Source: Tubulanus polymorphus
Lineage: Eukaryota > Animalia > Nemertea
Length of the DNA: 64,000 nt
Assembly: GCF_964204645.1 (NCBI RefSeq)
Contig: NC_134029.1
Location: 6,820,001 to 6,884,000 of the forward strand
Reading direction: 5' to 3'
The position numbers and the translations under genes were made by a program. Below, one piece after another: positions 1-10,932 of this stretch. Each line of letters starts with the position of its first letter. Position 1 is the stretch's first letter. The notes below the pieces were generated by a model. The model worked only from the letters and a program-made list of their open reading frames with translations, ran no database searches and was not told where the DNA came from.

Positions 1-328
1 AAAAAAGATTTCTGACATAATACTGTAAATCATTTTTGGCTATAAGTCCCTGTCAATGGTCTAAATTATTAGGATTTATGGGAGATGAGAACCGTAGCTT
101 GTAATTCACGTGACATTGGTGGAAACCTAAATGAAATAGGCTTTTAGGGCTTCTTGCCTTGTGATATGTACTTCAAATATATTTCTTTTCAAGGCGTGAA
201 CAAATCTTTCTCAAAATTTTTTCATACCCGAATAGATCATCGAAAAACATTACGCGCACTCTTGTAACATTGATTGCAACACTGAAATGAAACGAATATC
301 ACATAAATGAAAAACGTTTTCTTTTCAT

Positions 329-330
<2 letters not shown>

Positions 331-363
<33 letters not shown>
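331..363 (+). repeat. (GAT)n microsatellite
   Basis: About 11 tandem GAT units. Confidence 0.95.
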
Positions 364-2428
364 TTGATTAATTGTGTATAAAGTTTTGTGCTGTCCTAAT
401 ACACTGTACGTACTTGCCTCTTAGTTCATTGAAGAGGCCGACAATTGATCGATAATCATGACTTTGCCTCTGCTGTACAAATTTTTTCACACATTGATAT
501 AATATCGAGTACTAGTGACGTGCAGGTATGTGAACGTTTCAGTGGGTGTTGAGATATTAAAAAAAGACAAATAATTGGCCTGATGATAAATGACGCTTTA
601 TCCCCTGTACACTACTACTGTATAGTCGATTGATAAATACTAAACTAACTGTGTGGTTGTCAAGTGAATTAGTGTTTTTTTTCCATTGTGTACATCGCGC
701 AGACCTCGTGCTCTAATGATAGTGTAATTAATGAATAACGTCGTTTACAAGGAGATTCTATAGATTTAAATAATATCCACGATAGTTTTATGTTAATATT
801 TTAAAGAACGCTGTTCAGAAAGTACGTACGCAACGACGGTGAGTTCGGGGGCACGGGTGGAACCTGACCGGCGTATTTGTCATATTGGGAAATATTGTCG
901 AGAATTTTTAAGTGACCTTTAAGTCTACAAATGGCAGCGCCCTTTGAACAGGTAGTAGGCCCTATAGCCATTTTCTTGTATATTCATAATGTTTGATATA
1001 CGTACGTATATTGGGAGGACAAAATTGCATAAGTACTTAACGAACAGTCGTTTATTGCATTATTAAGGTAATACATTCGGGTCTTTTGAGCGGAAGCAAT
1101 TTTGAAAGTTTATATCGATAGAGTTTGTTCAGTTGTTTTATTTCGTATTTAACATGTTCTGTTTTCAAAAGTCGAAAGTTGTAATTAATGAATAAAATGA
1201 TTAATAATGATGTATGATTGATTTATTGTATGTTCCAAAAATTCATAATAAACCGTCTTATATGAATTACAAAATCGGTAGAAATTCTTGAGTCGATAAC
1301 GGATTCTAATCACTGCGCTAGGAGGACCAACCAAAACCAGCAACCGGAAAAACGCAACTGTTTAGAATTTAAGAACATTCTTCACACCGTTCTTTTGGCA
1401 TTATTTGTGTTCGTCCTTACTTTACTCCTCCAAACTAAACCGAAGGTTATTTTCTCAAAAGAGCGAAAAAATTCTCATCGCAAACCCTAGCTAGTCGTAG
1501 ATGGAGTAAGTAGTGGTAGTGTCCATTTGGTTTGAGAACGGTGCGATTCTCTCGTAACAATGGTAGATATTGTTTTACGCTTATGTGACAATCTTGACTC
1601 AGGCAAGATTATTCTTACTATATTGTCATTATTATTGAAATGAAACTAAGGTGTAATGTGTGTGAATGTTGAGTATACGTCGATGAATTTTTATCTTGAT
1701 ATTTTAAAATGCTCTTGGTCTTGCATTAGCGCTCGGCTTGCTTTCTTTAAGCTACACTTGAGTCCCATTTGCGTTTTTAACATCAACACTGATGAATTTT
1801 TCTGCCAAGGAATATTAGAAAACCTTTCATTCATAGCATCTTATCTCTCTCTGTCGTTAATTGATTTAGGCTTTATTAAACATGAATTTAAGACGTTGTT
1901 TTGATTAAGAAGTTTTAATCTGCCATTGGGGTTTTTTCTTGATAAACTTCATGGCTCGTATCGAAGGCTTTTAAATTTTGATGATCGTGAAGAGCTGTAA
2001 TAATTTGAACGTGTCTGGTTTAGAATTTCATAGTTGTCATATGCTTTGGTATTTTTAGACCAGACGTGGTGAATTGTCGCAAACATTGAATGAATCAGCA
2101 TTGATCATTAGGCTAATGTTAAGGGCGTGTTCTTAAATGTATTCTACTACTACTAACAGTCAAAATTTATATATATATAAAATGATAAGAAACACCAAGG
2201 CCATTATTATATTGCTGGCTTTATCATAAAATGTATTGCATATCATTGATATAAAGTATTTATGGTATATGGATATAATGATAATGAATTAAGTGAAGAT
2301 TTATCTGTGATTTCATCATCAGAATGAATAGACGTCAAAATACATCGTTATTAGCATAATATATTTCTGTTCTGTTGTTTACAGCTGATCGACTTGTCTG
2401 TCATCGTTAATTCAGATATTTTCATTCT

Positions 2429-2776
2429 ACTATAGACTCCGCTCAACTCGGGCATTTTGGGGCGTAAATACGAGTCCGACGACTTGAGTGATATCCTTGT
2501 TGGCTATGTATTTCATGAATAGTGTCACAAATAATGTTGAATGGTTATGTGAGTTGATCAGATCTGATTCGAGCGGGTCTTCTGTATCTCGTAATTAAGC
2601 AAAATAGATATGTACAGTCAAACTCCTTTGGGTCGTCGTAGCTTGGACGTGATTATGTAGACAGCTTGCGCTTAGTAAGTTGATGTGAAAATACACAAGT
2701 TTGGACTAAAGAAAAGTGATATAACTGAAGTAAATGCGATGACTTCTGATGATGACTTAAACAACTTTAGACTGTA
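2429..2776. mobile_element. Two adjacent degenerate pogo/Tigger-like MITEs (~2429-2586 and ~2613-2776)
   Basis: Imperfect terminal inverted repeats (TIRs): TAGACTCCGCTCAACTC / GATTCGAGCGGGTCTTCTGTA and TACAGTCAAACTC / TTTAGACTGTA. TA-CAGT termini are typical of pogo/Tc1-mariner non-autonomous elements. Confidence 0.45.
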
Positions 2777-4554
2777 CTACTCAATGATTTTGTAAACCAC
2801 TAGATCCAGTTCACAGTTCTGGGATTTGACTCGGCGGGCAATGAAATTTTAAATCATACAGTGAAATCTTAACTGGGAAATTTGAAATGGCTTTTGAAAC
2901 TGGTGTACAAAGTTGGTCTTGGCCTTACAGAGATAGAGTTAGTTTTTTGTTGGTACCGGTACTGGTATATTACGTAACCCTGGGCATTAATCAATACTAT
3001 TCACTAACCAATGAATAAAATGATTATCTAGTTAAGTTTAGTTGTAATTTTCCAGATTCAAGTACGATCATTAATTTTTTCAATGATTGTGGGGCAAATC
3101 TGGATTGTGAAATAATTCATGAATTAATTATTTTCAGACAAATTGTGCATGTATACACTCACTGCGCGAAATAGTCCTTATGAAAAAGTCTTTGATTTGC
3201 TTTAATTTGTGCTGAATATTATATATTATCAAAATGAATATATTATCTATATTTGAGTAAGATATTATATGTATGATTTATGTATGAAAAATGATGATTA
3301 TTAGTATTTAGTATTAGTTACATTTTTGTTTGTTTTTTTTTGTGTAAATTATGCTACTTTCAACCCTCCTTTTGTAAAGTATGTACTGTGATGTTTATAA
3401 CAATAATTGATTTGACACCATTATTAGATTAAAGGTCAAGTGCCCTCTAAATAGAATATTGTTATACCTGGTGCGCGTAAGGAGTCAGAAATACAAAATG
3501 CTATGTAGGGTTTTTCATTCTATTCAAGTTTTCTCAGCGATGTGGATAAAAAGCAACAAAAAAAAACTCCGACCACCAACCTTCTGAAAGTTATTCATTC
3601 CAGTTTTTAGGGGGTGTTTACGTACAAGCAGTTTCTGCCAGGTTTCTAATGGTGGTAACCGGTGTATGTGTGAGAGTTTAAGAGTGTACCTGGATATGAC
3701 TGACTAATAATAAAAATCATTTTATCAAAAATGCTTTCGTCATTTCACTTCATCTTCCGCAATGAGGACTGGTTGTAGACCGACTGTAGTGCGCGGATAA
3801 TCAATACAGTAAACCTTGTGTAAGTCAGAGCTTTTGGTACCAAGAAAAATCAGACTACGACTTGAGAATTAATTTCTGTGAACGGAAAAATTAAATCAAC
3901 ATACAACAAATGATTTATAACGAATGATTTAAAAACACTGAAATATTTTAGGTGTAATTTTCTATTCTTATAGTAACCACAACTGACTTTTGGTGAATGA
4001 TTTTGACTAATTCTTTGTTGGGACCAAGAAAAAAGGACTACGAGAGAGTTTGTTTCTGACTTATAAAATACAGCTACAGGTATGAATTTCTTCAAAAGAG
4101 AAAAATTGGGACCATCAATATTCGTCCTTAAAGATAGAGATGGGATAAGTAATACCATAACCTATCTAATGACCGGGAGTTTATGAAACCAGGTGAATCC
4201 GGATTTTCACCGTGACTGGTCATTTCAGGTTTACAAGTGAAATCAAATAATCCAAAGCAAACTGATGCTGTATTATACGATAAATGCCAAGCATAAATAA
4301 TTGTTAATCCACTTTGAACATGTCCGATGGAGCTCTTCCAAAGTTAGCTCACAGGAGGATGGTCAAAAAGCCTTGACATTTTCTTCGGATTATGCAATGA
4401 ACTATCTACACTTAACCCACGCATGTCACTACAGCTATTTCTGTGTTACAGGTCGCTTGGATAACAGGAATCAGACAAATTCACATTTTTGTAATACATG
4501 TTTAAGCAATTTAATATTCCAGAACAATGACATATGAAAAGTTCAGACAATTTT

Positions 4555-7500
4555 TTAGTCCATGGCTTCCAGATCATCATCGGAGTCGGAAATATCTTTT
4601 ACTTCTCGATATCTAAGAAAACACAAGTCAAGGAAATTTGACACAGTAATTAATGAGAACTTAACTGCTGAGAACGCAGACAAGACTTAGATTTAAGACC
4701 ACACTACTTAAGACCACTCTACTTATGATTTCATGGCTGATCTAAAATCACAACCAAGCAACCGGAAAAGGATACGTCAATTCAGCTGGATTCTTCCTAT
4801 CGGGATTAAATCTGACCATTCTACCAACTCCAGGTATAGGATTAGCTAACCTCTCAGCTGCATGCTTTACAGCAATTTCCTATCAATGAAAGACAGCAAC
4901 AAAGTAATTCCGACAGGAACAAAGCATTCACCATTCATTGATCGATACAGTTACTTACATCTAATTTAGCTTTTTGCGTTATCTGCAATTCAAGAGAATC
5001 GCTCAAAGGTAAATGTACAGCTCGCGTAGTTTGAATGTTTACTAAGGCACCGTCATATTTCTTTGGGCTGAAAAGATGAATGAAATGACTCATATGATTC
5101 CCCGATCTATCAACAGACGTATTGATCAGCCTGCGATAAACTAAATCAATATATTTTGTTGGCGTATCTATCCTTACGTAGATTTCCTTTGGAAATGATT
5201 CAGAAGAGCTTTCAAAACATCGAGGTCGTCAGTAACCCGCGGACGACCTCGAGAATTTGATCCCGGCAGCGCCAATATCCCGACAAATGCTTGTTTCCCG
5301 GTCCGATAGTAACGTTCCAAACTTTCGTAGTTCAAACCGGCATTAGCGATAGCCTCGGCTAGGCCCTCGGTGATCACGTTCTTACTTTCGAGCGAAAAAT
5401 CAAACAATTTTCCGCGCATCGAATTGACGCGTTTACGTTTCTCGAGCAGCCGATCTAAATACTCGGTCGCCGAGGAGCAATCGACGGTCGCGCACCCGCG
5501 AACGACTTCATCCGACGATAACTCCAACGACGAGTCGAATAGAATCCGACGCAGCGAGTCGCAACGCGACTTCGCGTCCCAAATATTCATTTTCCGATAG
5601 AACAAACACGAAAACGCACCCGACAAAGTTGAATCCGTCGTTTTTCCGGACGCTTTGAGACTCGTCAGCAACGGCGTCGAATACGCGAAATAAACATCGG
5701 ACGGCGGGTACAGACCACAAGTTTTGAAATTGTATAACAATGTATTTTGCGACGCGAGCGAACTCGTGCACAGAACCACGGCCGCATCGCCGTCGTTCTC
5801 CGATGAACAAATCGTCTGAATTTCGTCAACGAACCTTTTAAAATCTTTCACCGCCGTGTGCTTGTCTACGGTAACAACGCTTTCCGCGTGTTTCGTCAGC
5901 ACGCGTTGACCTCGTTCGTATTCGATTCGCAAACCGGTGAATTTAGCGATTTGCTTCGACAGGTACGGAGGAATGCAGTAGCGGTTGAACCCTCGCTGAT
6001 CGGGCCCGGTCGCTACTAATTGACAGAGTTCGGTATTGTTTGCACCGACTCCGTTTGATTGAACCTCGTACACTACGAAGCGCTTGTTGGATTTTTCACT
6101 GAGATCGACGCCTTGTGGCTCAAACGGCGCGACATTGAACGGTATATGTTGCTCTAGTTGCGCGATGGTTTCTTCACTCAACTGAGGAATTGAAATATCT
6201 GTAATGAGACAAACCACAATTTAATATCTGATCCTCAGATTCCTAAGTAAGGGCGATTAAATGTGGCCAGATTCAGGGAGGTGGATTTTTGGCATCTTAA
6301 ATGTTTCAATGAGTGCTTCACTTACATATCAAACTCCTACAAAGCAGGCATGAAGTTCAAAGATGCTACTCTATAGGGTTTGGATCTTTAACCTCACACA
6401 ATTAAGTTTGAAGAATACTCGGGAAAATTTCAATTGAATGTATTTTTGTTTTAAGAATATCTATCCTTGTTACAAACTCTCTAGTAGCCTTCCATCAGGT
6501 TTACGGATACTACGGAAACGAATATTGCAGAAGAGTATTCCAAAATTGGTAAAAACCAATAAAAAAACAGCCTTAAGACAGGAGGTTTGGAACTACTCTG
6601 GAATTAAACTAAATATCACAGTATTTAAGACATTTACCTTCGAGGTTTTCTTTCTTTGGTTGATACTCCTCTACATAAGATCCATCTGTGACACCTTTTT
6701 TAAATTCGGTTTTCATATCTGCCACCACAGTTTCAACGCGTAATGTTCTGAAACAAGAAATAATAAATAGCCAAACATTGAACACCTCAATTCTCAAAAT
6801 CTAGAAATCTTCCAGCACCGAGCTCAACTCAATAATGATATAAAACCCCAAAATATGAGACCTTCAGCTTAAGCTTAACTTAGGTCGTATAAGATTGGAC
6901 CTGATCATCGTAACGAATCAGGAACCGATGTTATGAAAACCACCAAAGTAAAAAATGTATAAAAAGCTGACCTATTTGGATGATACAAATCTTTCGGTGT
7001 CGACTTTTCTTCGAACGCCTCCATTTTATTAACGTGATCCAAGTTTTCGGCATTTTTCACTATACGAGTCGATCGCGTCGAAATCTTCTCGCCTAATTTG
7101 TGAATCTGGTCGTCATCGGAAAGGGTCATGCGATCGAATTGTAAACTAGCATCGTCGACTTCGATTTTCTTACGAATTAACGACCGCAATCGTGCGGCAA
7201 AATCCTCCACCTTTCGGCCTTTATCCTTCAGCGAATTCAAGAAGTTTCTGTAACAGAAAACGAAGTGGAGGGATAGATATTTAGCTAATTTAGCATTATT
7301 AAAATCATTGTATTAGGTATAGTGTTAGGAGGCGCTTTTACGAAACTGAATCTTTGTGAATCGATTTAAGTTTCACGTTTACGGCACGCGGTTTAATGAA
7401 TCCGATTTGGTAAATCAACGCTTTTGTGGAAACGGTTTAGTAAATTAATTTATTGAATCGACTAACTTGCTCGGCGAGCAAGTAAGTGGCGATTTAGTCA

Positions 7501-8964
7501 GCTAAATCCAACATGGCGTCCTCTTCGACCGCGGGCTAAAGACATCTATTGCAGACCATCATCTATCAATAATTCGGTCACCATTGACGCCCATTTTCTT
7601 TTGAATCGCGACCTTTAAATTGATAAATTGATTCGATTCATTTACGAAAAACAATTCGATTTACTAATCCTTTCGGTTTCCGACATCGAATTGGATTTAG
7701 CTAAACCGAATCAGATTCAATTTCGTAAAAGCGCCTAGGGTTTCCATTGGGTTAGGGTCAAAAGGTTAAGGTTTAGAGTAGGGCTAGGTTAAGTGCTATA
7801 TGTGGTTAAAACATTCTGTGAGATTCAACGAGCCTCGGTGGTCTAGTGGTAAGACGCTGAACTAGCCCCAGTTCCAATACTGTTCTATTTCACTCAGCAT
7901 TCTCCACAGGCTGGAATCTTTAAGGGACTGCATTCGGTCATTGTTATTGTGTATATGACATGCTGGTTGCTTAAGTAGCAAGGTTTTTGATTCCCCCCAA
8001 AATACAGAAAATTAAGCTAAATTTTGGTGTAATTTCACATTAGCTCAATACATTCTTAAGCAATTATTAGCATATTAACATTGACTCTGGAAGGGGTAGG
8101 AGGTATTTCAATCAAAAGGGGAATTTTATTTTCCGCTGTGGCTACTCGTACGGACCCGTACGGATTACTCTGGAGGCTATTCGTACGGAACTAGGATCTG
8201 TACGCTAATAACTGTCGCTGATTGGCCGATTAACGGCGCGCATGCGTAGAGGTGCACGACTTAGAAAATTCAAGGAAAGTGTGGAGAATAGAGTTAGAGA
8301 AAAATAGCGGATAGAGCGAGAATCGAACCCGGGCCAGTAAATTACTAGCGCAGCATCATAACACTAGACCACCGAGCTCGCTGACAGTCGGTCGAATGTT
8401 TTAACTACATATAGCCTCACCTTACCCTAACCCTAACCCTTCCCGTACACATAATTCCAGAGTTATCCGACGGGTGCGTACGAATAGCCTACGGAATTAT
8501 TCGTACGGGTCCGTAAAGTAGCCACTTCGTTTATTTTCAGAGGGGTACATAAGCCTATGAAAGGGGTAGCCGACCCTCTCAAAACTGTTGGGGAGAACAT
8601 TGCCACTCTTATTTTCTCCACAATTTCCTTGAAGTCATGCTCATTGCGTATGCAAATGAGTCATCAGCAAAATTATAACGTAACAAGAATATGCTGCCTG
8701 GCTGGGCAAGATATCAACTGCAATGCCAATAAATAGTGGTTTACATTTACGTCACAGCATTGCCATTGGTCTTCAGCTTTATGTGTATTTCCCAGTTCAA
8801 AAATGGCAATCTTTGGATTAAATTAAGATGAGTCAAGATGCCTAAAAACTTCACCTGTTATTCAATAGATTTTCTTGTCTTTTCAACAACTCTTCCAATT
8901 CAATTATCGATTTTTCTTCAAGGTTTCCCAAGTATCCCTGTCGCTTTTCTGGTGGTAAAGCCAT
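4555..8964 (-). CDS. POLR2M: Gdown1 / RNA polymerase II subunit GRINL1A homolog, canonical isoform (~218 aa)
   Basis: Coding exons 8964-8855, 7247-6972, 5067-4959, 4879-4776 and 4612-4555, all GT-AG with matching phases (657 nt). N-terminus MALPPEKRQGYLGNLEEKSIIELEELLKRQENLLNNRNFLNSLKDKGRKVEDFAARLRSLI resembles human [29 protein letters not shown]. C-terminus LPLSDSLELQITQKAKLDEIAVKHAAERL...YREVKDISDSDDD resembles human LSIEESLALQKQQ...AAQKLAERL...YREVRDEDDD (recalled). Confidence 0.9.
5174..6198 (-). CDS. PML-exon9/Exuperantia-like DEDD exonuclease-fold domain plus C-terminal SAM-like region; catalytically degenerate; predicted alternative terminal exon inside Gdown1
   Basis: Uninterrupted ORF with family-like motifs FVVYEVQSNG...ELCQL, FNRYCIP...KFTGL, VITEGLAEAIANAGLNYESL and GRPRVT. 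It has no ATG of its own at the 5' end, and acceptor TTTGTCTCATTACAG lies at 6199-6213, in phase 1 with exon 6747-6638. Confidence 0.8.
6638..6747 (-). CDS. 110-nt linker exon joining Gdown1 exon 2 to the DEDD-like exon
   Basis: Acceptor TTGTTTCAG and donor AAG|GTAAAT. Enters in phase 2 (matching exon 7247-6972) and leaves in phase 1 (matching the exon at 6198). Encodes RTLRVETVVADMKTEFKKGVTDGSYVEEYQPKKENLE. Confidence 0.75.
7330..7736. mobile_element. MITE, PIF/Harbinger-like
   Basis: TIR AGGCGCTTTTACGAAACTGAATC / GATTCAATTTCGTAAAAGCGCCT with a 3-bp flanking duplication AGG (7327-7329 and 7737-7739). Confidence 0.85.
7796..7866 (+). mobile_element. tRNA-like head (A box) from an older copy of the 8134-8529 element family
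   Basis: GCTATATGTGGTTAAAACATTC...GAGCCTCGGTGGTCTAGTGG matches the reverse complement of 8360-8414. It is preceded by degenerate TTAGGG units, and its apparent continuation resumes near 8605. Confidence 0.6.
8134..8529 (-). mobile_element. MITE with 9-bp TSD (Mutator-like) carrying a tRNA-like segment and TTAGGG repeats
   Basis: About 50-bp imperfect TIRs (CGCTGTGGCTACTCGTACGGACCCGTACG... / ...CGTACGGGTCCGTAAAGTAGCCACTTCG). TSD TTTATTTTC at 8125-8133 and 8530-8538. Internal minus-strand A box TGGTCTAGTG and B box GGTTCGATTC at ~8313-8379; CCCTAA units at ~8425-8440. Confidence 0.85.
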
Positions 8965-9337
8965 AATTCTGCAGTTTTATAATGACTATACCATGATACG
9001 CAACATAGTCATAGGTAGGTCAAAATATTAGCCTTTATTTAAAAAGAAAGTGTGGATTTTTTGCAATGGCCCTTTTTAGCACAACGACCTTGAGCGGTCT
9101 CGCATTGCATTCCGGTTAGAGGGACACGGGCTCGTCCATCCTCGCTTGCCATACCAGAGGGTCCGGTATCGCTCCCTGATGCTTAAGCTTAGTGGGTTCG
9201 AATCCCTTGATCAGTGACGTTGACGGAGAAGATGGGGCTCGTCGCGAAAGTACGGTCCACTACTTATCGGATGGAAAAATTGCTTATCAAACCCAAAACG
9301 TAGCGTTTTTCCACTCGATCAATATTTTAAAACTTAC

Positions 9338-9620
9338 ACAGGAAAGACCCAGTTGTCGATGAGTCGAGTCAATTAATTAAATTTGCCCCACAGAGATCAA
9401 TTCTGGAATACTAAAATGCATAAAATTTATTCCCGAAACCAATTACTTTGCTTTGCTTTATTTTGTGCTGAACATTATATTTGATAATCTCCCTATACCA
9501 GGATTCGACCTCGATTGAAATTCTACACCACCGACATTGTACACTTCGACATTCGCGGCAGCGCGGCAATCCCACTAAATTCGAGGTACACTAACACGCA
9601 GTATCAAAATGGCGTGCTTA
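9338..9620 (-). promoter_or_regulatory. Probable 5'UTR exons and promoter region of POLR2M
   Basis: Exon 9410-9338 (TTTTAG acceptor, GTAAGT donor) and an upstream exon ending at 9499 (CTG|GTATAG). All frames are closed, so the exons are non-coding. The region is CpG-rich, with a YY1-like CAAAATGGCG near 9605. Confidence 0.55.
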
Positions 9621-10436
9621 TACACACAACGACACGAAAAAAACATAACCTCACCTAATTACCAACATAGCCAGCCTTCCTTTTGACCCCTGAAATCAGT
9701 ATTTAAATATTCGGTAAGTGTTGGTTTGAATGGCGATAGATTAAATATTCCATCTCAGGTAACAAGAATAGAGGCATCGCAAATCGTACAATTACTTTCA
9801 ATACTAATACTATACTAGGCCTACTCTACGTACGGGCTACGGCGCACATGGTGGCAGTCAGTCGTCGAGTCAGCCAAGCATGACAAGTCGTACTAGAGTA
9901 GAAACCGAAGAAAAAGAAGCATAGGATGGGCCAGTGAGGAATTTAGAATAGGCCGGTGGCCAGAGAGCCGACATATCGTCATTCCACCCTGATATTTGTA
10001 GACCACTAGGGCTAGGCGCCAGGTTCCCAACTCGCTGGGTTGTAGTTTTTGAATCGATTATTCAAAATGTGAATTAGTTTTGGTTTGTGTTTGAATTCCT
10101 ACTATTCTTTATTCTGTATCATTTTGATACTTTCTGTTTTCGTTCGAGGATGTGTAAAACTATTTTATAAACAATTGACGTTGTCATCCCGACTGGGAGA
10201 ACTGATTACATCAAACAGTGAAAACAGTGTATGTTTTATTTCATCATTTAAGTTTGTTTTCTTCAGTTTCAGAATCAGATAATATGTAAACTGTTCATGT
10301 TTTTTCATTACTTTCTTGTTTATATTTCATGTTTGACTCTGGATGTAAAACCTAGACTGCCGTTAGAAAAACCCAGTGAATTAAGGATCTACAGATTGGA
10401 GCGAAACAATTTAATTTGTAAGTTTGAATTTTCAAA

Positions 10437-10852
10437 GGACAACAAGGAATCAGTGTTTCACAATCAGACTTTTTTGGTTTCACACCGGACATCAGGAATC
10501 ACTCTTGGATTCAGCACAGGACAACTAGGCATCAGTGTTTCACAATCAGACTTTTTTGTTTTCGCACCGGACATCAGGAATCACACTTGGATTCAGCACA
10601 GGACAAAAAGGAATCAGTGGTTCACAATCAGACTTTTTTGGTTTCACACCGGACATCAGGAATCACTCTTGGATTCAGCACAGGACAACTAGGCATCAGT
10701 GTTTCACAATCAGACTTTTTTGTTTTCGCACCGGACATCAGGAATCACACTTGGATTCAGCACAGGACAAAAAGGAATCAGTGGTTCACAATCAGACTTT
10801 TTTGGTTTCGCACCGGACATCAGGAATAACTCTTGGATTCAGCACAGGACAA
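10437..10852. repeat. 82-bp tandem minisatellite, 5 copies, alternating A/B variants
   Basis: GGACAA unit starts at 10437, 10519, 10601, 10683, 10765 and 10847. Units 2 and 4 share CTAGGC/TTTTCGC/CACACTT; units 1, 3 and 5 share AAGGA/GGTTTC/CTCTT. Confidence 0.95.
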
Positions 10853-10932
10853 AAATAATCACTTGTGGAAATTCAAGATAAGTTACATTTACATTTATCT
10901 TTTTTTATTTAACGGTTGTTGAATTGATTTTA

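Noticed and set aside
1-4500. Coding gene in the first 4.5 kb
   Set aside because: Scattered splice-like signals but no in-phase exons with recognisable protein sequence.
8313-8379. Functional tRNA gene
   Set aside because: A and B boxes are present but I could not build a convincing acceptor stem or cloverleaf, and it is embedded in a TIR element.
9120-9190. HDV-like ribozyme (TCCTCGCT resembles the HDV L3 loop) or vault RNA
   Set aside because: Could not form P3/P1/P2 pairings, and there is no suitable A box or terminator arrangement for a vault RNA.
10297-10881. Overlapping ORFs, or a CRISPR-like array
   Set aside because: This is a pure 82-bp tandem repeat with no unique spacers and no cas genes, in a eukaryotic context; the ORFs are repeat artefacts.
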